Positions 54,616-62,771 of a stretch of DNA of 64,000 nucleotides are shown piece after piece. The position numbers were made by a program, and so were the translations under genes. Source of the stretch: Candidatus Heimdallarchaeum aukensis. GTDB taxonomy: Archaea; Asgardarchaeota; Heimdallarchaeia; Heimdallarchaeales; Heimdallarchaeaceae. How positions within the stretch are numbered: position 1 is the first letter of the stretch; each line of letters begins with the position of its first letter. The DNA is taken from the NCBI GenBank assembly GCA_021513695.1, contig CP084166.1, positions 480,001-544,000 of the forward strand, written 5' to 3'. The notes below the pieces were generated by a model. That model searched no databases and had not been told where the DNA came from. It worked only from the letters and a program-made list of their open reading frames with translations.

Positions 54616-56808
54616 TTATTGGTGTTTCTTTGCTAATTCTATTAGTTCAGGAAAGTCCATTCCTAGTTCTTTTAATTTTTCTATAGTAGGTACACCGTTT
54701 TCTGTCCATCCTCTTCTTTCATATACAGCTTTTTTCAACTTTTCATACCTTTCTTCTCTGTATTTTCTTATTGCGGCCATCTTTTCTTCTACTGTCATGT
54801 TTGTTGGATCTACACCTACTTTTTCTTTTAGTTCTTTAAGGTAGTATTTGTCTTCTCTGGACAGGTATTCTTCTTTTGTTACTGGACCCATAGCTCTAAA
54901 GGGTATAGTGTCTAATTCTTTGTAAGTTACACCTTCTGGAATGAAAAGTAAATTCATTACTCTTTGGAAGTTATAGACTCTTTCACTCATTTTAATATAT
55001 TCTCTAGAATCTATATTATTACCTGTTACACTATTGAAGTATTGGACATAATTTAGAACGTGTTCTGGCACTTTTGCAGGGTCGGCTAGATCTTCAGGAA
55101 CAGTCATTCCATGCTTTTCTATCTTTCCTTCTGCAAATTCTTTATTATCTTCTGGAACAATATCGTTCCAAGGTAACTTACATAGACCTAATAGTCCAAA
55201 GGAAGTTCTCCACATTGGGAACCACCATAGAGCTTCTGCTTTTTGTTCGAAAGTGGGCATAAAGTTATGCACCATGTCTAGAAAGATTAACCATGCTTCA
55301 TCGTGCTGTGGTCCCTTGAGTGTAAGACCATATCCTCCTTGTTGTGCAAGTGACTCTTTTGTCATATATTCGCTAAATTCTAGACCTTTAGATTCCATTC
55401 CTATATCGTCCAAAAGTTTGGCTTCTTCCTCACTCAAGTTAAACTCTTTCTTGAAGTACTCTTTCATGTATCTAATTCCTTTACCGAATATTTTACCGAA
55501 CCCATCTCCTTTTGCTACTTGGTGAATAACTTCCATTGCTCCTTCAAAATTGCCCCAAGAGAGATCTATTCCTCCAGTTCTTTCTTTGTTTAATATTCCG
55601 TATTCGTAGCACTCCATACAGAAGGCCATACCTGTTCCTACACTAATAGTATCTAAACCATAGTTATCACAATAGAAATTAACTTCAATAACATGGTCTG
55701 GGTCCCACATGTACCAGTTAGAACCTACTCCAGCAGCTGTTTCATATTCTGGACCGTCGACAGTTACTTTTTGACCTTTGTATGGTCCAGTTTTACATTC
55801 AAAACTACTCACACCATGAGTACATCCTACTGTACATCCTTTCCAACATGGGTCTGGTCCTTTTTCAAATCTCTTATAATAAGCTTCTTTACCTATTTTT
55901 TCTGCTTGTGGGTCAGAACCAAATTTGAAGTTCTTTGTTGGTAAAAGGTCAAAATCATTCATTATTGGAATCAAATGTATAGTTCCAATATTTCTCATAT
56001 CGTTTTGCTTTGGATCGAGTTCAGTTATTTCTTTACTGTGTCTCTTGGCTACTTCTTTCTCTGCTTCAGGATTAGCAGGATTGTTAGATTTGACGTTAAC
56101 ATTGCTTTTTCTTACAACTAGAGCTTTTATTTTCTTATTTCTAAATACAGTTCCTGTTCCTCCTCTTCCGGCTTGTTTATATCTTACATATCCTCTTTTA
56201 CCGTCAAACCAACTGAAATTTAAGCAACCCATATAAGCATTTTCTGCTCCAGGACCTGCAGATACAACAGAAATATTTCTTTTATCTTTTTCATCTACTG
56301 CATATCTCTCAGTAAGTATTTTTCCTATCTGAAAAGTTTCTGAAGGTAAATCTTCTGCTTCTTCGATGATTATTTTTCCATTATCTCCATCAATAAAAAT
56401 GACTAATTCTTTTTCTGCTTTACCTTGAATGGCCATAGCATCGAAACCTGCAAATTTGAGAAAAGGACCAAAATATCCTCCAACGTTTGAATCAACCAAA
56501 ATACCAGTTAATGGAGAAATGGCTGTTACAATACTTTTACCTGAACCAGGATAGTTGGTTGTTCCACCTAATGGTCCAGAAGCTATACAAAGAACATTAT
56601 CTGGGTCATCCCATTTTACTTTTTTGTCTTTAGGAATATATTTCCAAGTTAGCCAAAGATCAAATCCCCTTCCACCTATGAATTTTTCTTTCATTTCTTC
56701 TGTAACATCTTCTATTTTTGCTTCTAACGTTTCTAAATTAATGTACAATGTTTTGTTAGCATATCCTTTATCTATTACTGGAACTTCATAATTTATCTCT
56801 TTAATCAT
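54616..56808 (-). CDS. aor: Aldehyde:ferredoxin oxidoreductase family (tungstopterin enzyme)
   Basis: Motifs seen: AGRGGTGTVFRNKKIKALVV, the Cys cluster DPCWKGCTVGCTH, and C-terminal RRGWTENGVPTIEKLKELGM. Length is 730 aa. Confidence 0.9.
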   Translation of the reverse strand: MIKEINYEVPVIDKGYANKTLYINLETLEAKIEDVTEEMKEKFIGGRGFDLWLTWKYIPKDKKVKWDDPDNVLCIASGPLGGTTNYPGSGKSIVTAISPLTGILVDSNVGGYFGPFLKFAGFDAMAIQGKAEKELVIFIDGDNGKIIIEEAEDLPSETFQIGKILTERYAVDEKDKRNISVVSAGPGAENAYMGCLNFSWFDGKRGYVRYKQAGRGGTGTVFRNKKIKALVVRKSNVNVKSNNPANPEAEKEVAKRHSKEITELDPKQNDMRNIGTIHLIPIMNDFDLLPTKNFKFGSDPQAEKIGKEAYYKRFEKGPDPCWKGCTVGCTHGVSSFECKTGPYKGQKVTVDGPEYETAAGVGSNWYMWDPDHVIEVNFYCDNYGLDTISVGTGMAFCMECYEYGILNKERTGGIDLSWGNFEGAMEVIHQVAKGDGFGKIFGKGIRYMKEYFKKEFNLSEEEAKLLDDIGMESKGLEFSEYMTKESLAQQGGYGLTLKGPQHDEAWLIFLDMVHNFMPTFEQKAEALWWFPMWRTSFGLLGLCKLPWNDIVPEDNKEFAEGKIEKHGMTVPEDLADPAKVPEHVLNYVQYFNSVTGNNIDSREYIKMSERVYNFQRVMNLLFIPEGVTYKELDTIPFRAMGPVTKEEYLSREDKYYLKELKEKVGVDPTNMTVEEKMAAIRKYREERYEKLKKAVYERRGWTENGVPTIEKLKELGMDFPELIELAKKHQ

Positions 56809-56928
56809 ATTAATACACCCGAGAATATCGTTATAAATACGAAAAAAATCAACTATATAATTTTAACTCTATCTCGTCAAGTATTAAAGAAAACTAACTT
56901 TTTCTTTTAACTAAAAAGAAAGTTAACT

Positions 56929-57348
56929 TTACGAAGAATTATCAATCTTAAATTTATTAGCATTTTTGGGTTCGTGTCCAGCTTCAAAAGATTGTATCTC
57001 AAGAGTATATCTGTCAGGATCATTAAAGAAGATGTTATAAATTTGATATTTTTCGTACATACTAGGCTCTTTAGTTAGATTGACACCTTTCTCTTTAAGG
57101 TATTTCGCCCAAAGATTCACTTCATCTGGTGTTTCAACAACTAATGTTAAACATGTTTTCTCAGGATTTGAAATTTCTTCACTTGTTTCACAGAATCCCC
57201 AGTAACCATTTGAACCTATGTTATAAATTATACAGTTTGTCTGCTCTAAGGCAACTTCAAGTTCTAATAGACCAGAATAGAACTTTTTATTTTCTTCTAA
57301 ATTTTTTGTTTTCAAAAAGGTAATAGGATAAATAATTTTTGGAAGCAT
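56929..57348 (-). CDS. VOC/glyoxalase-family protein
   Basis: 139 aa. The beta-alpha-beta-beta-beta pattern shows in TFLKTKNLEENKKFYSGLLELEV and DPDRYTLEIQSF. Confidence 0.6.
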   Translation of the reverse strand: MLPKIIYPITFLKTKNLEENKKFYSGLLELEVALEQTNCIIYNIGSNGYWGFCETSEEISNPEKTCLTLVVETPDEVNLWAKYLKEKGVNLTKEPSMYEKYQIYNIFFNDPDRYTLEIQSFEAGHEPKNANKFKIDNSS

Positions 57349-57403
57349 ATATTAAATAAGTTATTCTTCTTTTAAAAATTTCTTGAGAATGTATGGATTT
57401 TTT

Positions 57404-58516
57404 TCAAACTCCAACTGTTAGTTTTGATTCATCTACAAATGGGAAGTACAATGGAATGTATTTCACTGCATCATCGAAAACAGAGGCATCTCCGCTAAAA
57501 CATACAATCTGCTCTCTAAACATTGAATTAAACTTGTTTACAAAATGTTCAAGTGAAGTGTCAAATATCCTTACCCTTCTATCAACTATTAACACTCCGA
57601 TAATATCATCTTTCTCTTTGGTTATCATGACTCTATCTTTTAGTTCAACACATTTTAATAACTGATAGGATGAATTGGTTACTTCAGAAATAAAATGAGC
57701 AAAAGCGTTAATCATTCCCCCAATTAACAAACCCTCTGATTCTTTTTTAGAATAGTTTGAAGCAGAGAAAAGAGTTGTTCCATTTTTATTAATTATTAAG
57801 AAGTTAAAAATCTCTGCAGAAGTGAATAAGACAAATTTAGGGTCAATTAAATAAATGACCAAAGTTACACCGAGAGCTAACCCAAAACCTATAGCACCAT
57901 ATGTTTCTAAAGGAACTACATGTTCCAAAAATTCCAAAATAGCCACTATAAAAGCTATAAAGAAGCTTATCCATAATAGTAATGTATGATATTGAGCTTT
58001 TTTACCTACACTCTTAACAAAGGTAAAAGTTATTCCTACTAAACATACTGTAACAACATATAGTTGAAAAAAATCTAAAAACCAAATATATAAACAGTCA
58101 TTCTTTGTTGGAACCTTCAAATTCGTAGAGATCGGGGGTAAATCAAAGAAAATATTTATCAAATAAGTAACAAATAAAGAAAAAATAATAATGTAACCTG
58201 CTTGAACTACTCTACGATCCCAAGCGTTGAAGTTACTAAAATGTATTAAAATATATAGAAATACAAGAGCATAAGGAATAATCTCTAAAGAAGGTAAATA
58301 ACTATTTTCTAAATATGCCCACTGATAACCTGCTACACGGGCAAAATAGAAAAAGAATTCTACTACACTTTGTATAATCGCCAGAATTAATGCAGCAATT
58401 AAATTTTTATAACCTTGAACTTTGTTTACTGTGCTCCGATAAGAAAAAACACCTAACATAATCAAAATAATAACAACTTGAAATAGTTTGAATATCGCTT
58501 GGCTTAGAGTTTCCAA
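57404..58516 (-). CDS. Multi-TM protein with a C-terminal longin/Roadblock-like domain (paralogue 3)
   Basis: The N-terminus aligns with paralogue 1 (YRSTVNKVQGYKN vs YRRIKDKITGFNW). The C-terminus reads NFLIINKNGTTLFSAS...LIGGMINAFAHFISEVT...LKCVELKDRVMITKE...IIGVLIVDRRV. The terminal motif is LYFPFVDES. Confidence 0.55.
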   Translation of the reverse strand: METLSQAIFKLFQVVIILIMLGVFSYRSTVNKVQGYKNLIAALILAIIQSVVEFFFYFARVAGYQWAYLENSYLPSLEIIPYALVFLYILIHFSNFNAWDRRVVQAGYIIIFSLFVTYLINIFFDLPPISTNLKVPTKNDCLYIWFLDFFQLYVVTVCLVGITFTFVKSVGKKAQYHTLLLWISFFIAFIVAILEFLEHVVPLETYGAIGFGLALGVTLVIYLIDPKFVLFTSAEIFNFLIINKNGTTLFSASNYSKKESEGLLIGGMINAFAHFISEVTNSSYQLLKCVELKDRVMITKEKDDIIGVLIVDRRVRIFDTSLEHFVNKFNSMFREQIVCFSGDASVFDDAVKYIPLYFPFVDESKLTVGV

Positions 58517-58647
58517 AGTAAATCAATTAATTGATTATATTTCTATTATATTAAATTTATGTAAAAATGCCAAAGTTACATTTTAGAAAAGATATTGAAA
58601 AAATATACTAAAACTTCTTGAATTACATATTTTTCTTTAATGAGATA

Positions 58648-58935
58648 TCATCCCCCTGCAACAAAAGGAAGTATCGATATTTCAGTTTTATCTTCAGTTA
58701 CTAGATAAGTTGACAGCTCTTCATGATGAATAGTTTTGCTATTTATCATTATATTATAAAAAGAATGTAGCTTTTTATTTGTAAATAGGAGTCCATCAAG
58801 CTCTGGATACGTCTTAGTTAAAAATTCTATTGCTTCTAAAACAGTTATTTCCTTATCTTCTAATTCAATTTCGACTTCTGCTTTATTTCCTAAAGTAGAC
58901 CTTAACTGACCAAACAAGCGAAAAATAACTCTCAT
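58648..58935 (-). CDS. MoaD/ThiS-type beta-grasp ubiquitin-like protein ending in Gly-Gly
   Basis: 95 aa. The N-terminus is MRVIFRLFGQLRSTLG and the C-terminus is ISILPFVAGG, followed directly by the stop. Confidence 0.65.
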   Translation of the reverse strand: MRVIFRLFGQLRSTLGNKAEVEIELEDKEITVLEAIEFLTKTYPELDGLLFTNKKLHSFYNIMINSKTIHHEELSTYLVTEDKTEISILPFVAGG

Positions 58936-59000
58936 TCTTTTTCCTCTGATAAGATAAAGTAGATTAAAAGAATAAAATTGTTATGTTTTGTCAATTCTTT

Positions 59001-59561
59001 TTATATAGAATTTACCTCAAAGAATTTGACTATATTTTCTATAAGAGTAATAAAAGCTCTTTCTACATTTTCTCCTGTTTTAGCTGAAGTTTCTATATAA
59101 GGTACTTCGAATCCACTCCAATTACTTAGGCTTTTGGCATAATCTGCAGCATATTCATATGGTACTGCATTAGGAGTTGAATCACGAAGATCAGATTTGT
59201 TTCCAATTAAAAGCATAGGAACAATCTTATTTTTGTTATTCTTGATTAACTCATGAATCCAATTAGGTAATAATTCATATGTTTCAGGTCTTGAAATGTC
59301 AAAAACTAGCAAAGCACCTGAAGTTCCTCGATAATATACTTCTCTCACTGCAGAAAAACGTTGTTGTCCTGCTAAATCCCATATCTGTAGAGTATACTCA
59401 ATATTATTTAGTAGCATTTTCTTTACTGCAAAGTCTGCACCTACTGTCATGGCATATCCTGATTCAAAAGTTTCTCCTAAATATCGACGTCTTAACGATG
59501 TTTTACCTACTGCTCCTTCACCAAGCAATGAAACTTTAAAGATTCTCTGCACTTTTTTCAT
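59001..59561 (-). CDS. Rab/Ras-like small GTPase
   Basis: G1 is GEGAVGKTSL, G3 is WDLAGQQRF, G4 is GNKSDL and G5 is ETSAKTGENV. There is no C-terminal Cys-containing lipidation motif; the protein ends FFEVNSI. Confidence 0.85.
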   Translation of the reverse strand: MKKVQRIFKVSLLGEGAVGKTSLRRRYLGETFESGYAMTVGADFAVKKMLLNNIEYTLQIWDLAGQQRFSAVREVYYRGTSGALLVFDISRPETYELLPNWIHELIKNNKNKIVPMLLIGNKSDLRDSTPNAVPYEYAADYAKSLSNWSGFEVPYIETSAKTGENVERAFITLIENIVKFFEVNSI

Positions 59562-59717
59562 CTCTCTCTATTTCTAAAGAACTCATGCACAACATATTAT
59601 TAAATTATTTGTTTACTTGCAATGTCTACTATTTAAGAAAATTATTTTTTAGAAAAACTCTTAGTGCATTTTACCTTTTAATTAGCTTTTTATAGTTCTT
59701 TAACTACTAATAACAAG

Positions 59718-61088
59718 ATGAGTGAAGAAACAGTTGTTATTCAAAATCCTTTACTAGTGTGTAAGTACATTAAAAAATTTACTCATTATCCAGAATTTGA
59801 TAGAATTTTAATAGATAATTTAGATTGGAAAAGAGAAGATATTATTGGAATCTCCATTATTCCTATTGTAGATACTGTTCCATCAGGCAAAAATGCAATC
59901 TTTAGAATATTTATTTCAAACATGGGAGAAACAACACAAAAGGTAAAAGTTCATGTTCGTACTTTTGGTTATTTAAGCAAAAAAGAAAAGTTAAATAGAA
60001 GCCAAATAGCATTTAAAAAATTAATTATCAACAACAATGAAGTATGGTATAGAGATGTTATCATACCAAGTGATATAAAATTAGGTAAAAACTTTTTCCA
60101 GCTTGTCGTTAAATATAAAGTAAACAAAAAGAAAAGAATAATCTATGAAATTAAAGAATATACAGAGATTATGCCTTTAGATCATATAAAACAGATTGCC
60201 AGACAAAACTTTTTAGGACTTGCCCAAAAGCCCTACATTGATCCTTCTTCAATAAGTTATTGGATATATTGCTCTCTTTTTGGTTCTAGAAATTATTCAA
60301 AAGAACCAACTTTCATTTATATAACTAAATGGATTGTTTTTCTTCTAAGTATTTCTACTATTGGTGCTTACTTCACTTTACCTTTACCTGAAATAGTTCT
60401 TTATATCAGTTCAGGAGGAGCTTTGCTTTCTTTCCTAACCTTTTTTACTGATTTAGATAGACATACAGTCCGTGAGATACATGATTTAGGTTTAACTGAA
60501 TTAAAAAGAAAAGCCTTCATAGATAACATCCCGAAAAAAACCGAATGGCTTAAGTTATTCACTCTGAAAAGTGATTATTTCTATTTCATTGAAGAAGAAT
60601 CAACTTTTGCATGGAAAACTAGTACAGATAATTCATTTAAACCAGTTATTTATTCTTTAAATCAAGTTTTAGATACACAATTAAGTATAAAAGAAGGAAC
60701 AAAAGAAGAGGAAGAAAGAATAATTGAAGAAATAATAACTAATAGGAAAATAGAAAAAATTAAAACAAAAACAAAAACGAAAGAAGAAGTAGAAGAACAC
60801 GAAGGTATTGTTTTTGAAGAAGATTTGTCCATAAGTTTTGATGCAAAGATGCAAATACTTGATAGTATAACTTCATATACTGTACCTAGCAAAGCAATTG
60901 AATTAGAAGATAGTTTTGAACTTCCTGTAGAAATAATAAAAACAGAAACATTCATAGAACCTGATTCTGTAGCTTTTGATGTTTTAGATAAACCTTTTAC
61001 AACTGATTTAGAACCAATAATTACAGACAGTGAAAGTATAGACTCTAAAGGTTCACTGAAATTCAAGAAAACAAACATAGATGTATAA
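59718..61088 (+). CDS. Hypothetical protein: N-terminal beta-rich region, two central TM helices, acidic C-terminal tail
   Basis: 456 aa. The hydrophobic pair is WIVFLLSISTIGAYFTLPLPEIVLYISSGGALLSFLTFF. The tail is E/K/D-rich. It is divergent from the Rab-like GTPase. Confidence 0.4.
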   Translation: MSEETVVIQNPLLVCKYIKKFTHYPEFDRILIDNLDWKREDIIGISIIPIVDTVPSGKNAIFRIFISNMGETTQKVKVHVRTFGYLSKKEKLNRSQIAFKKLIINNNEVWYRDVIIPSDIKLGKNFFQLVVKYKVNKKKRIIYEIKEYTEIMPLDHIKQIARQNFLGLAQKPYIDPSSISYWIYCSLFGSRNYSKEPTFIYITKWIVFLLSISTIGAYFTLPLPEIVLYISSGGALLSFLTFFTDLDRHTVREIHDLGLTELKRKAFIDNIPKKTEWLKLFTLKSDYFYFIEEESTFAWKTSTDNSFKPVIYSLNQVLDTQLSIKEGTKEEEERIIEEIITNRKIEKIKTKTKTKEEVEEHEGIVFEEDLSISFDAKMQILDSITSYTVPSKAIELEDSFELPVEIIKTETFIEPDSVAFDVLDKPFTTDLEPIITDSESIDSKGSLKFKKTNIDV

Positions 61089-61181
61089 ATAAAGTGAATA
61101 AAATAGATATGAAAAAATTAAACTGTAATAACTAAATTTGTTTTAAACAATAAATAGAAAAACTTTATCAATATACGTAAT

Positions 61182-61943
61182 TTGGTCGATTCAATGATTA
61201 CTGGAACACATCCTTCAACTATTGCCGAAGAAGATTATTTTTCATTTATTGGTATTTTTCTTTCAGTTCCGTTTTTTATTGCTTATTTTGTAAATGAGAT
61301 GATTCTAGCTTTATTCAGACTCACAAAATACGAAAGAGAGATTGGAACACCTGTTACTGCCCCTTATCCTACTTGGAGAATGATTAATGCTGTTATTTAT
61401 GCAGTAGCAATTATTATTTTAGCTCTTCAAGTTTTAAGTTGGAGTGTAACCTATCGAAGATATGAATTCAGAAAACTTGCAAAAAGAACTGTTTTTGCTT
61501 TTCTTATTACAGCTATTTTTGTAATTATTTTTGAGTACTTACAGATTTCAATGCCTGTTCAACCTAGAGATCAATCAGATATTACTGTGCCATTTTTCAC
61601 TTTAGTAGGCTTTCATTTGTGGTCTTTTGTTAGTTTTAAACAAGTTATAGAGCATTTAGGAAAACATTACAAAACTAGAGTAGGTGATTCTATATTTTAC
61701 ATTCTCTTTGCAAGCTATCCATTCATTAAATTTGGATTACCCATAATATTATTGATATTTGTCAGTTTGGCAATGTCTCCTTATGCTTTTATTCTCTATT
61801 CTGAAATAACAATGGCATACCTAGTCGGTTTCATTTCAATTGCTCTTGGTGTTGTTCTTATAAATGATGTTGTTAAAATTGGAAGAGCGCAAGATCATTA
61901 TTTTTTCACAAAAGAGAGCACCGAAAACAAAAAAGAGGATTAA
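61182..61943 (+). CDS. Polytopic membrane protein, unknown function
   Basis: 253 aa with at least 6 hydrophobic helices. An alternative ATG exists at 61194. Confidence 0.45.
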   Translation: MVDSMITGTHPSTIAEEDYFSFIGIFLSVPFFIAYFVNEMILALFRLTKYEREIGTPVTAPYPTWRMINAVIYAVAIIILALQVLSWSVTYRRYEFRKLAKRTVFAFLITAIFVIIFEYLQISMPVQPRDQSDITVPFFTLVGFHLWSFVSFKQVIEHLGKHYKTRVGDSIFYILFASYPFIKFGLPIILLIFVSLAMSPYAFILYSEITMAYLVGFISIALGVVLINDVVKIGRAQDHYFFTKESTENKKED

Positions 61944-62584
61944 CTTTTTTTCTCTTTTTTATCTTTAATTTTGTAGTATAAGATTTCTAGTCCAGGTTTG
62001 ACTATAAATACAATTACAAGAACACTAACTCCAATCCCAATGATTATAAAAAGTATTTTTAACAAATCGCTATTATCTTGCAGAGGATCAGAAATATATT
62101 GTTCAGTTTCGTGATTTATTGCAATTTTTATTTTTTCTTCAAGAGTTGAAGCGTAGGTAAATCCTTCAAATATGGCTACTATATAATTATAATCATCTAA
62201 AATTATTATAAATGGAACAATTCTTATCTTGTAATCTACGACTGTTTTATTAGTTACATACCCCATTATCCAGTTTTCAGAAAGATTATTTTCTTTTTTA
62301 TAATCTAAAAGTTGTTCATTTGTTTTGTTGAATTTTGCAGATAGACCGAAGATTGTAATGTTATACCTCTCTTCTACTTCTTTTATTTCATCTATTTCAA
62401 GATGACAATTTGGGCAAGTAGGAAGATAGACAAAAACTATTTTTATACCTGAATAATAAGTAACATCATCATTTTCTCCTTCTGTGTTTATAAAAGATAT
62501 ACTAACATTACTAGCATTGGCAAATAAAGAACTTAATGAAATTACTATTATGAACACTGATAGGAAATGAATTATTTTTCTCAT
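61940..62584 (-). CDS. Membrane-anchored thioredoxin-fold (TlpA/redoxin-like) protein
   Basis: It has an N-terminal signal, a CxxC motif in VYLPTCPNCHLE, and the C-terminal TM helix ILFIIIGIGVSVLVIVFIV. Confidence 0.6.
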   Translation of the reverse strand: MRKIIHFLSVFIIVISLSSLFANASNVSISFINTEGENDDVTYYSGIKIVFVYLPTCPNCHLEIDEIKEVEERYNITIFGLSAKFNKTNEQLLDYKKENNLSENWIMGYVTNKTVVDYKIRIVPFIIILDDYNYIVAIFEGFTYASTLEEKIKIAINHETEQYISDPLQDNSDLLKILFIIIGIGVSVLVIVFIVKPGLEILYYKIKDKKEKKS

Positions 62585-62771
62585 TACACTTAATCACAAT
62601 AGAGCACTTTTAAATCTCATTATTGATTAATATTAAGTGAAATTCTTTTTTCATTTTATTAAAAAAAAGTTTTTAATTCAGAACAAACAATAACAATTTG
62701 AAGAGAGATTGACACTACAAGATTCTGACTTTGATATTCCAGAAGAATTTTCTTCTTATAACAAGTTTTTA

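Noticed and set aside
55074-56791. Five 62-103-aa + strand ORFs inside the AOR gene, with similar shadow ORFs in tldD/pmbA, ldh and the GTPase genes.
   Set aside because: They are antisense to motif-rich genes, and their translations are Ser/Phe/Leu-rich with no recognisable features.
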